64,000 nucleotides of DNA from Rikenella microfusus (GTDB lineage Bacteria; Bacteroidota; Bacteroidia; Bacteroidales; VadinHA17). The DNA is taken from positions 33,334-97,333 of the forward strand of contig DZBJ01000008.1 in assembly GCA_022736275.1 (NCBI GenBank), in the 5' to 3' direction. The translations under genes were made by a program, and so were the position numbers. Of this stretch, positions 41,061-50,059 are shown piece after piece (the stretch's first letter is position 1; every line of letters begins with the position of its first letter). The notes below the pieces were generated by a model. The model made no database searches and was not told the origin of the DNA. It saw only the letters and a program-made list of their open reading frames with translations.

Positions 41061-41238
41061 TGTCTCAGTCCGATAGAAAATAGCAGCGTGGGTTGCATTC
41101 AGGCTGCCTTGACAATATTAATGTTTTCTGCGGCTGAAGGTGCAAAATCATTTAAAAATTTAAGATCCTTTCTTCCGGCCGTGTGCAGTTCGTTAAGGCA
41201 TTAGCCTGCATTACCCGAAGAGTGCCAAAGAAGAAATT

Positions 41239-41270
41239 TTTGCATTTAGCTCTGAAAGGGTTTAACTTTG
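41239..41270 (+). promoter_or_regulatory. promoter of the TIR-TPR gene
   Basis: TTTG (41239-41242), 20 bp, TAACTTTG (41263-41270); supports ATG 41294 as the true start. Confidence 0.7.
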
Positions 41271-41293
41271 ATAATAAACCAAATAGTCAACTG

Positions 41294-43603
41294 ATGTCAG
41301 GTATAATTGAAGGATATAACTACGACATCTTTATCAGCTACCGCCAGAAAGACAACAGGCACGATGGCTGGGTGACGGAATTTGTCGAAAACCTGAAAGG
41401 AGAACTGGAATCAACATTTAAGGAGGAGATCAGTGTCTATTTTGACATTAATCCCCATGACGGACTTCTGGAGACCCATGATGTTGATGCATCATTGAAG
41501 GAGAAGCTGAAATGCCTGATCTTTATTCCGATTGTCTCCCGAACCTACTGTGACCCCAAATCATTTGCCTGGGAGCATGAGTTTAAAGAATTTGTCGAAC
41601 AGGCTTCGCATGATCAATATGGATTGAAGGTGAAGCTGCCAAATGGCAATGTGGCAAACAGGGTCCTACCGGTACGCATTTATGACCTGGACAATGCAGA
41701 TATCAATGAATGTGAATCAGTTCTGGGCGGAGTGCTGCGGGGTATTGAATTCATTTACAGGGAACCGGGAGTCAACAGACCCCTGACACCAAATGATGAT
41801 GAAAACAGGAACCTGAATAAAACAAAGTACAGGAATCAGATCAATAAGGTTGCCAACTCGGTTAACGAGATCATACAGGGAATGAAGATCAACTCTTCAG
41901 TCGCTGAACTCCAAAAGTACAAGTCTGAAAGACCTGGTGAAATACATAAAGAGGGATTGATGGATCATGTGCCCACGAGCCCAAGTAAATCAACGTGGCG
42001 AAGAGGGTTAATAATTGGATTTATAACTTGCCTGCTGGTGACTTCAGGGATCATTGCCTATACCAGGGTAATTAATAAGAACAGGTTAGAGAAACTGGAG
42101 TCTTCGGGAGAACACATATCCGTTGCAATAATGCCTTTCCAGAATATGACAAACGATACAACCTGGAATGTCTGGCAGGATGGAATCAAGGATATACTCA
42201 TTACTTTCCTTTCAAGCTCTGAAGAATTAAGGATCAGGGACCCCGAATCAGTCAGGGGAATAATTGAAAATGATGGACTGTCTGATTATGCCTCAATCAC
42301 ACCTGCCGCTGCAAGAGCAGTTTCGCGGAAACTTGAAGCAGACATTTATGTTTATGGCAACATTAAGACGGCAGGTCAGACATTAAGGCTCTATGTCCAG
42401 TTAATCGATTCCAAATCTGCAGAGGTTTTTAAATCATTTCAGACAGAGGGTGTAAATGATGAACAGAAGATTTTCTCCTTGGTGGATTCGCTGTCCGCCG
42501 CCATCAGGGATTTTCTTGTAATTCAGAAATTGCAGAGAGGTCATTCCCCTGAAAGCCAAAATGTCGTAAGAACATTTTCACCTGAAGCTTACCGATATTT
42601 TGCGCAGGGAGAGAATTTGTTCAGCGATCGCGATTATGCTTCCGCGTTAAAACTGTTCTCTCAGGCATATGCCATCGATACCAACATGATCATTTCAGTT
42701 GTATACATGTCATTGTCTTATGGCAACAGGGGTTTGTATGAACAGGCAAAGGAATTGTGCCTGAAGGCATATCAAAAAAAAGAATTTCTGCCCCTGAGAA
42801 CCAGGCTTTACACTGAGTGGCTGTATGCAAATTATTTTGAAACTCCACGTGAGGAAATAATCTGCTTAAAAAAACTTATCGAGGTTGACGACCTCTCTGC
42901 AAGGGCTCATTTTATTCTGGGCAATTGCTACCTTAATCTCCAGCAGTATGAAAACGCAATTCCGGAATATGTTAAAGCGCTGGAGATACATAAGAGGTAT
43001 GGGATGAAGGCGATGTGGGTTTTTAATTATACTTACCTCGGAGAGGCTTACTACAAAACGGGGAAATACAGGAAGGAAAAGAAATTATATTATAAAGCCG
43101 ACCTCGAATACCCTGATGATCCGCCACTTTTGTACAGGGAAGCCGTTCTGGCCCTTTCATCAAGCAAAAGAGACAAAGCCAGCCAGATCATGGAAAAATA
43201 CACCAAGGTTCAGGAAGAAAGATCACTCTCCGAAGCCAGGATACTTACCTTGCTGGCTTATATTTATGAGGAGGCCGGGTTTAAGGACCTGGCGGAGCAG
43301 AATTATCGGCGGGCATTGTCATTGGAACCGGATAATCCGACAGTATTGAATGGTCTTGCCACCCTGCTGTTTGATATTGACAAAATGAATGAAGAAGCTA
43401 TAGAACTCATTAACAAAGCGATTGCTCTGGCTCCTTACAATTATCTTTGTCTTGACACAAAAGGGTGGGCACTTTTCGGGCAGGGCAGATATAAAGATGC
43501 ATTGGATATCCTCGAGGAAGCCTGGAGTCTGAAACCGGTCTATGATCATGATGTTTATCTGCATCTTGAAGCAGTAAGAAGGGCTGTTGCCGGGCTGAAG
43601 TAA
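41294..43603 (+). CDS. TIR-domain / TM / TolB-like / TPR protein
   Basis: YDIFISY, VYFD, IFIPIVSRTY, SFAWEHE (TIR); TM GLIIGFITCLLVTSGIIAY; ISVAIMPFQNMTND; TPR repeats. Confidence 0.82.
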   Translation: MSGIIEGYNYDIFISYRQKDNRHDGWVTEFVENLKGELESTFKEEISVYFDINPHDGLLETHDVDASLKEKLKCLIFIPIVSRTYCDPKSFAWEHEFKEFVEQASHDQYGLKVKLPNGNVANRVLPVRIYDLDNADINECESVLGGVLRGIEFIYREPGVNRPLTPNDDENRNLNKTKYRNQINKVANSVNEIIQGMKINSSVAELQKYKSERPGEIHKEGLMDHVPTSPSKSTWRRGLIIGFITCLLVTSGIIAYTRVINKNRLEKLESSGEHISVAIMPFQNMTNDTTWNVWQDGIKDILITFLSSSEELRIRDPESVRGIIENDGLSDYASITPAAARAVSRKLEADIYVYGNIKTAGQTLRLYVQLIDSKSAEVFKSFQTEGVNDEQKIFSLVDSLSAAIRDFLVIQKLQRGHSPESQNVVRTFSPEAYRYFAQGENLFSDRDYASALKLFSQAYAIDTNMIISVVYMSLSYGNRGLYEQAKELCLKAYQKKEFLPLRTRLYTEWLYANYFETPREEIICLKKLIEVDDLSARAHFILGNCYLNLQQYENAIPEYVKALEIHKRYGMKAMWVFNYTYLGEAYYKTGKYRKEKKLYYKADLEYPDDPPLLYREAVLALSSSKRDKASQIMEKYTKVQEERSLSEARILTLLAYIYEEAGFKDLAEQNYRRALSLEPDNPTVLNGLATLLFDIDKMNEEAIELINKAIALAPYNYLCLDTKGWALFGQGRYKDALDILEEAWSLKPVYDHDVYLHLEAVRRAVAGLK

Positions 43604-43633
43604 CCAGACACCACACCAGAAACAACAATTATC

Positions 43634-44755
43634 ATGCTCCCCATTTCAACAAGTCCCCGCCGTGCCGTATCTGGCACCATCTCTATGCTCGTTCTTAGCA
43701 GTCTTGCATTTGTCGCTGATGCACAACAGGTTGCCATTAAGCCTGTGACTGACATCAGGGAGGTGATGAGAGAACATGCCCTTATTGCAGAAATGCAGCT
43801 ATGGCCGGGTTTCAATGTCAGAGAAATTCCTGTTGCTGTTTTCGACAGTGTTAATACATGGCTCTACTTTTCAGACCAGCCACCTGAAGGTTTCAGACCG
43901 TCAGATGATGATACCGGAGTCTTTGTTTTTGAAGGCCAGTATCCATTGATCAGGGGCAATTCGGTAGTTCGTTTCGGAGAGGAGTGGACTGCCACCAGTG
44001 TTTTGAGCAACATTTCACGCAGAACCCGGGAGAGGTACCCGCCAAAGGACCTTGCCGGGATAATTGTCCATGAACAATTCCATGTTTTTCAAAGAACAAA
44101 ACATCCTGATTGGCGGCAGAACGACGGCGTGCTTCTCTTTTATCCGGAGGAAACAAAAGAAGCGCTGTTCTTCAGAAGAGTTGAAAAGGAGGCATTTAAA
44201 ATGGCTGTCCTCGCCACAGATGGGATGGAGATCACCGGATGGGCAATGACGGCACTGGACTACAGAAAGGAGAGACTGGATATGATTCCGGCACAGTTCG
44301 GGAACTACGAAAAGGAAATGCAGCACACCGAGGGTCTGTCAGATTACATAGAACGAATCGCACGCGGAGTTGATCCGCTGAATGCCTCCAATATGACAAA
44401 TGGCATTGCCCCTGCCGGCGTCAGGGATCTCGGTTACTGGGAAGGAAGATGGATAGCCATGATACTTGACAGGTTGAGTCCTGACTGGAAAAAGTTGCTT
44501 GACAGCAGTGATACTCTTTATCTGGAGCAGATTCTTGAAGCTTCCCTGATAGATTTGCCCTTCAGAAAGCAAGCTTTTAGCGAAAGTGAGATCAGTTTGC
44601 TCAGGCTGGATTCGGATAAAATTTTCGATGAATGGCAGATTAAGAAAGCAGAAGAGATTGAGAGCTACAAAAACCTGACAGGATTCAGTATTGAGATCAG
44701 CTCCACCTCAAACCCTCTTAACATCAGAATCTTCGAGCCTCTCGACCTACTATGA
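43634..44755 (+). CDS. exported HExxH zinc-peptidase-like protein, probably C-terminally truncated
   Basis: signal-like N-terminus; IIVHEQFH with downstream EGLSDY (gluzincin-like); stops where the transposase remnant begins. Confidence 0.6.
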   Translation: MLPISTSPRRAVSGTISMLVLSSLAFVADAQQVAIKPVTDIREVMREHALIAEMQLWPGFNVREIPVAVFDSVNTWLYFSDQPPEGFRPSDDDTGVFVFEGQYPLIRGNSVVRFGEEWTATSVLSNISRRTRERYPPKDLAGIIVHEQFHVFQRTKHPDWRQNDGVLLFYPEETKEALFFRRVEKEAFKMAVLATDGMEITGWAMTALDYRKERLDMIPAQFGNYEKEMQHTEGLSDYIERIARGVDPLNASNMTNGIAPAGVRDLGYWEGRWIAMILDRLSPDWKKLLDSSDTLYLEQILEASLIDLPFRKQAFSESEISLLRLDSDKIFDEWQIKKAEEIESYKNLTGFSIEISSTSNPLNIRIFEPLDLL

Positions 44756-45050
44756 TATTACTGTATGCGATGATGGAAATGGTCTGGCGACAAGTATAAG
44801 TTGTCGTCACAAAAAGGGTGAAGATCCTGGCAAACAAGCCGGGATATATTTTCTCAGGACTTCATTAATGAAGCTTGATGAATGTACATTTTGGGCTATA
44901 TATAACATTATCAGAGAGATAGAGTACACCTTAAGAATAATTAAAACCGACCTGGACCTTCGTCCCATCTATCATAAAACCGATGATGCCTCGATGGCAC
45001 ATCTGAACCTTGGTTTATTGGCCTACGGGTTAGTTGCAACCATAACCCAC
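44746..45050 (+). mobile_element. IS1634-family transposase remnant (internal/C-terminal fragment)
   Basis: GIYFLRTSL...W.IYNIIREIEYTLRIIKTDLDLRPIYHK...AHLNLGLLAY (IS4-superfamily YxxRxxIE-like region); no N-terminus or terminal IRs seen. Confidence 0.8.
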
Positions 45051-45169
45051 ATTGCAGGGGTAAGTTTTCTCTTGTTGATATTTAAACTACACTTGTAATT
45101 AAAGGCAAAACCGGAAAAACCCTTCTGAAAGCTCAATAATCTGAAGTAATCAGGTATTTCATCATCGGA

Positions 45170-46501
45170 TCAGAAATCAAAGCTTGCCATCAGCGAGACC
45201 CTCGTTGACCTGCCTTTCTGATAATCGATGTTAGTCCTTGAGCCGGCAGTCACTTCAAAACCAAGCATTATTGTTTCAATCGGATTAAAAAAGGTGTTTG
45301 CCGCCAGGTAAAAACTCGATTTGAAAGTATCAGACGGCTCAAAATCCTTTGCAATCAGTTGTGACGTTCCGCTGGTAAGGGAAAACCTCCAAAAAGGATT
45401 ATGCACATAACTGTAAGTTACGAAGCCCCCCCTGATGAATTTAAGTGTCATTTCCTGAGCAACAGGATCATAAATGGCATCCAGCTGCCGGCCTGTAAAT
45501 CCTACATAATAGTTTGCAATGCCGCTTCCGAATGAATACTGCCCGAACAGGATGTTCTTCTTGTTTATATTCACATTAAGGCTCATTAAGATACCCCATC
45601 CGTACAAAGTACTCATCTCCGTCTGATCGAGATATTGAATTCTTCTGAATATTCCGGCGACCTGAATATGGCCCGGTTTATTGAAATATTTATACCTTGC
45701 GGCAATGTCGAAATTCCCTTGCTTGCTTTTGTCCGCGGTGAGAGAATCGGCAGGATTGTAATAATCAGTAACAGGCGATTCAAGCGAAATCCCGGCAATG
45801 CTTTTCTGACCGTATTTTCTTTCATACCTAATAATTCCAAGCCGCTTTGAAAGAGCGCTGTTGGGCCCTTCAAAATCTACAGTTACGGGGAGGGAGGCAT
45901 TATCCATAAAAGTGCTCCAGCTGTATCCCAGCTTGAAGAAATTCCATTCGGCATAAGCGTGCCTTAAACGCAGGAGCGATTGATTGGCGCTTGCAAAATC
46001 AACCTCAATGTATGTCTTAATATTACCCACCTTTGTACTTGCGCTTCCTTCAACCCCCAGCCGCGTCTGCCTGGCTCCGGTATAAACACTTGCCAGGCCT
46101 CCGACTTTGTCCTCTCCCACTGGAATATCATAAGGCATAAATCCTTCAGTATTCGTCAATCCTGTAAAATCATAATAGGCATTTGCCCGTACACTTCCCA
46201 TAAACCTCAGACGGTACTTTGATCCGGCAAGATCAAGGGGGTTGATATCCTTTGCAACCTTGCTGGTGTCCGTCTTGACAGGTTGCAATGCTATAGTGTC
46301 AATACGTGTCGAAAACAGGAAAACAGTATCTCTTTTAACCTTTACATCTTCCCTTTTTATTGTAAGTTTCAGTGTATCCCTGACCTGGGCAAATCCTTCG
46401 CTGCAGGTCATGATAAATAGTATCAGCAACGACAGCCTCAAAAAATTTAAGGTCATTATACGGGGACGCAGAAACGAATGTGATGAAAGAAAATGTTTCA
46501 T
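45170..46501 (-). CDS. DcaP-family outer-membrane porin
   Basis: ARQTRLG, YIEVDF, LRLRHAY, GYSWSTFMD, TVDFEGPN; C-terminal FDF; ATG 46501 overlaps the upstream stop (ATGA). Confidence 0.8.
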   Translation of the reverse strand: MKHFLSSHSFLRPRIMTLNFLRLSLLILFIMTCSEGFAQVRDTLKLTIKREDVKVKRDTVFLFSTRIDTIALQPVKTDTSKVAKDINPLDLAGSKYRLRFMGSVRANAYYDFTGLTNTEGFMPYDIPVGEDKVGGLASVYTGARQTRLGVEGSASTKVGNIKTYIEVDFASANQSLLRLRHAYAEWNFFKLGYSWSTFMDNASLPVTVDFEGPNSALSKRLGIIRYERKYGQKSIAGISLESPVTDYYNPADSLTADKSKQGNFDIAARYKYFNKPGHIQVAGIFRRIQYLDQTEMSTLYGWGILMSLNVNINKKNILFGQYSFGSGIANYYVGFTGRQLDAIYDPVAQEMTLKFIRGGFVTYSYVHNPFWRFSLTSGTSQLIAKDFEPSDTFKSSFYLAANTFFNPIETIMLGFEVTAGSRTNIDYQKGRSTRVSLMASFDF

Positions 46502-47040
46502 AAGGTAAAATTCCATTTATAAACAAATCCCCTTTTCAGTATCTCCCTTCCGAAGACAGGGTACATCCCCGGAGCCGAAGAAAAGAAGGTGATTTCTTCA
46601 TCTGTCAGCAGCAGATATTTCTTTTCATGAGGATCGAGGTGATAGATGCTTCTGTTGATCCACACGAACAATGCATGATCAGTCTGGTTAATAAGCTCAA
46701 TATCAATATTATCTATGCTGGCAGAGTCCGATCTTTCAAAGTAGTGCTGTTCCTGAAAATTAAGAGTATCGGTAATTTCAATTAAAGATTCGTAAACGTA
46801 TCCGCATGAGTTGGATTCAATGTCAAAGACCTCAACGAATCCGTTTTTCTGTTCCCGTGGAAGTATAACAAGAAGATTTGACCTGCTGATCGTAAACAAG
46901 ACTTTGGAATCCAGTCCGGGTCCTTCCCTGAAATTAATTTCTGATTGTGTGCTGCCCAACTTTAACTGGCTGAAAAGAGGTATGTTTCCCGCAGTAAGCA
47001 GCGTTAAAAAAATTATTATAATGGGTTTTATGATTTGCAT
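46498..47040 (-). CDS. SH3-domain exported protein
   Basis: signal peptide from ATG 47040; INFREGPG...GYV SH3b pattern. Confidence 0.7.
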   Translation of the reverse strand: MQIIKPIIIIFLTLLTAGNIPLFSQLKLGSTQSEINFREGPGLDSKVLFTISRSNLLVILPREQKNGFVEVFDIESNSCGYVYESLIEITDTLNFQEQHYFERSDSASIDNIDIELINQTDHALFVWINRSIYHLDPHEKKYLLLTDEEITFFSSAPGMYPVFGREILKRGFVYKWNFTL

Positions 47041-47347
47041 AAGTGTCTTCTTCAATAATTGTTGTGGTAAAAATGAATAATTCAATTTCGTTTTTTACTG
47101 CAATTATTTGATAAAGATATTCCTATTTTTCATCATAAATTTACTCTGTTAACCGATTAAGAATTTGAAATTCTTAATTTCCGCTCATAAGTATTTGACT
47201 GTCAATTGTCTTATTTTATTTTTAAAACTTACCCCCTTCATATTAAAGGACAATTTTTAGCCAGGAGGAATTAATGTAAGTTGTGCAACTATTTTTCTGT
47301 AAAATTATGAAGCCACGGTTATTTTTTTCTGTGTCATAGTGTTTGCT

Positions 47348-48895
47348 TCAACAGCAGGAGCGCGCTCCTGCTGTTGAAGCTGTTTTTGCACTTAAAACGT
47401 CACTTAGAGGAATCCGCCTTATCCTGCTTTCAATCCAGGCCGTAAAGTCAAATATTCTTAAAACCTGCCGTTCAAAAACATTCTGTCCAAGCAATTGGAG
47501 TTCTCCTGAAACTTCATCCCATAGTATGTTTCTTTCCCGGTTCCTTACCGGTAAATTTTGCTTATTCAGGAAACTTAGCATTACCTTCTCAATCTGATAA
47601 CCTTTGTCAAATCCCTTCATTTCTCTTTTAATAGATCTTGTTTCATAGCTTATGAGTTTCAGATCGCCTATTTCCATAAGTATCATAAGATTAACCAGCC
47701 TGATAGTACGGTATAACGGCAGATTAAAATACTCCTTTACCTTAAAAAATATCAGGTTGAGGTATTTATGTGCTCTCTTGAAGTCCTTATTTCCGAAAAA
47801 AATCAATGAAGCATAAAGACAAAGTTCTGCTTGCCGTGTCAGACTAAGTAGATGAAGCTTATTATACAATGTTTCCGTGAATTCTTCCATATGTACTGCC
47901 GACCCCGAAAAATCTCCCCTGTCAAATTTCGGGAACAGTTCGTACAGGAAGATAAGGCAATTAACATTTGCATTAAAACTTACTGATGGACTTTCCAGCT
48001 GTCTCAACTGTTCGATGAAATACACCATACCTTCATAATTCTTGATACACCGGAGACTGTCAAGCACTCCTTCCAGGGTTAGCAGATAATATATCGGCGG
48101 ATTGTCCCATAAATGCATGTTTTTTTCAAATAAAGTGTTCAATTCAATATATGATCTGAGTGCAGACTTGTAGTCACCAACACTTATCAGATAATTTGCC
48201 TGAAAGAGCTGATGCAATTTCTTAATCTCGAAATTCTCAAGATTAGAAGAAGCCATCATGCTCATTTCACTAACTACCAGATCATTAAGCTGATGTATTT
48301 GTTGTTGGGACCTTGCGTTACCAAAATATGCCACCCTGTATTTCAATAACTCGTAAAGTGATGATTGTTCATTGATCTTTCTTATTACACTGATTATTTC
48401 ATTTATCCTGTGGTGCTTGTAAAGTATCGTCTTTTCATCAACCATAGGGAAATTAAGAGCTAACAGATATTCAAGTTCAAGCCGTGATGCCAGCAAAAGG
48501 GCATAATAGTTTTCAAGTTTCTTCGAATCCTCAATCACCTTTTTCAGTAGATCAAAACTATCTTCAACTAACGATTTTTCAAAGAGTATCTTAGCCTTCA
48601 TTATCAGGTTAAAGAGAGTATAATAGCTATCCTGTTCTCTTCGTAACTCAAGTAATGTATCAAGTAATATTTTAGAGAGATAATTTACCGCGGTATTGAA
48701 GGATTTTACTCCGCTTTCAGAGAGGAACTGCTTCCGAATCGAATCAGTACCAGAGCTTCTGTTTTTTGAAATGATATCAAAAAGCATAAGATAACCTGGA
48801 ACCGTCTTATGCCTTAGTGATGCAATACGAAAAGCTTTCAACTCCGTCCGGGTCATTGATTTGACTAAAAATATCAGTGCATCGGATTTTAACAT
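47348..48895 (-). CDS. all-helical hypothetical protein, probable RusR-like regulator of the ribose PUL
   Basis: divergent from ribokinase-susC-susD; adjacent to the PUL as BT2802 (rusR) is in B. thetaiotaomicron; N-terminus LIFLVKSMTRTELKAF; homology not verified. Confidence 0.55.
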   Translation of the reverse strand: MLKSDALIFLVKSMTRTELKAFRIASLRHKTVPGYLMLFDIISKNRSSGTDSIRKQFLSESGVKSFNTAVNYLSKILLDTLLELRREQDSYYTLFNLIMKAKILFEKSLVEDSFDLLKKVIEDSKKLENYYALLLASRLELEYLLALNFPMVDEKTILYKHHRINEIISVIRKINEQSSLYELLKYRVAYFGNARSQQQIHQLNDLVVSEMSMMASSNLENFEIKKLHQLFQANYLISVGDYKSALRSYIELNTLFEKNMHLWDNPPIYYLLTLEGVLDSLRCIKNYEGMVYFIEQLRQLESPSVSFNANVNCLIFLYELFPKFDRGDFSGSAVHMEEFTETLYNKLHLLSLTRQAELCLYASLIFFGNKDFKRAHKYLNLIFFKVKEYFNLPLYRTIRLVNLMILMEIGDLKLISYETRSIKREMKGFDKGYQIEKVMLSFLNKQNLPVRNRERNILWDEVSGELQLLGQNVFERQVLRIFDFTAWIESRIRRIPLSDVLSAKTASTAGARSCC

Positions 48896-49092
48896 GGCAA
48901 TAATTTAAGGTTAATATTCAGAAAATTTAACAATAAATGTTATAATTATCATATTTTACGATAATAAGTCCAATATTCATATCTTTATATTACTGAATAT
49001 TAATTTTTTATCTATTTATCTTGCTATCTGAAAAGTATTTTACAATTATCAAATATCATGCTTTTTTGAAATACTTTGGTTGTATTATAACG

Positions 49093-49100
49093 TATATTTG
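49093..49100 (+). promoter_or_regulatory. -7 promoter element of the PUL operon
   Basis: TATATTTG 26 bp before rbsK; no TTTG at canonical -33 spacing. Confidence 0.6.
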
Positions 49101-49126
49101 GATTAAGAACTAATAAATATAAACAG

Positions 49127-50047
49127 ATGTCTGATAAAAAAATTATTGTAATTGGTAGTTCCAATACGGACATGGTAATTAAAGCTGACAGACTTCCACT
49201 GCCCGGCGAAACTGTTATTGGAGGTACTTTTCTCATGAACCCCGGAGGGAAAGGGGCTAATCAGGCAGTGGCTGCTGCCAGACTTGGCGGCAAGGTAACT
49301 TTAATATCGAAAACAGGTAATGATGTCTTCGGCAAACAGTCTGTTGAGCTGTTTAATTCTGAAAATATCAACACCGATTATATTCTATCGGATACTAAGA
49401 ATCCTTCGGGAATAGCCCTGATCACCGTCGACTCTCATGGGGAGAATTGTATTGTTGTTGCCTCCGGTGCCAATGCATCACTCTGCCGGCAGGATATTGA
49501 CTATGCAAAAGAAGAGATTGAATCAGGTAATCTTGTACTTATGCAACTTGAGATTCCTATTGATACGGTTGAATATGCTTCTGAAATGGCTAACAGGAAG
49601 GGGATTAAAGTAATTCTCAACCCGGCACCTGCCAGGGCCTTGTCAGATAAACTGCTGAAGAGTCTTTACATAATAACCCCGAATAAAGGAGAAGCAGAGA
49701 TACTTTCGGGTATTAAAGTCCATGACTGGGAAAGTGCTAAAAAAGCAGCAGAGGTAATACATGCTAAAGGAGTCAATATAGTTGTGATTACTCTCGGTTC
49801 AGTGGGAGCCCTGATACTTGAAAATGGTCAATATCATAAAATCGAAGCATTGAAAGTCAATGCCATTGATACAACGGCTGCAGGAGATACATTTAGCGGA
49901 GCACTTTGTGTTGGAATATCAGAAGGGCTTTCTGTTGTTGAAGCAGTAAAACTGGCCACGAGAGCATCAGCATTTACTGTTGCAAGAATGGGTGCTCAGT
50001 CATCAATACCCCATCGCTCTGAATTAGCAATTATGGTTACACTATAA
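49127..50047 (+). CDS. rbsK: ribokinase
   Basis: GSSNTD, PGGKGANQAVAAARLG, QLEIP, NPAPA, DTTAAGDTF. Confidence 0.95.
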   Translation: MSDKKIIVIGSSNTDMVIKADRLPLPGETVIGGTFLMNPGGKGANQAVAAARLGGKVTLISKTGNDVFGKQSVELFNSENINTDYILSDTKNPSGIALITVDSHGENCIVVASGANASLCRQDIDYAKEEIESGNLVLMQLEIPIDTVEYASEMANRKGIKVILNPAPARALSDKLLKSLYIITPNKGEAEILSGIKVHDWESAKKAAEVIHAKGVNIVVITLGSVGALILENGQYHKIEALKVNAIDTTAAGDTFSGALCVGISEGLSVVEAVKLATRASAFTVARMGAQSSIPHRSELAIMVTL

Positions 50048-50059
50048 TTTGATGAAGTT

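Noticed and set aside
41183-41293. Longer GTG start for the TIR-TPR gene
   Set aside because: A consensus promoter lies inside this stretch; ATG 41294 fits better.
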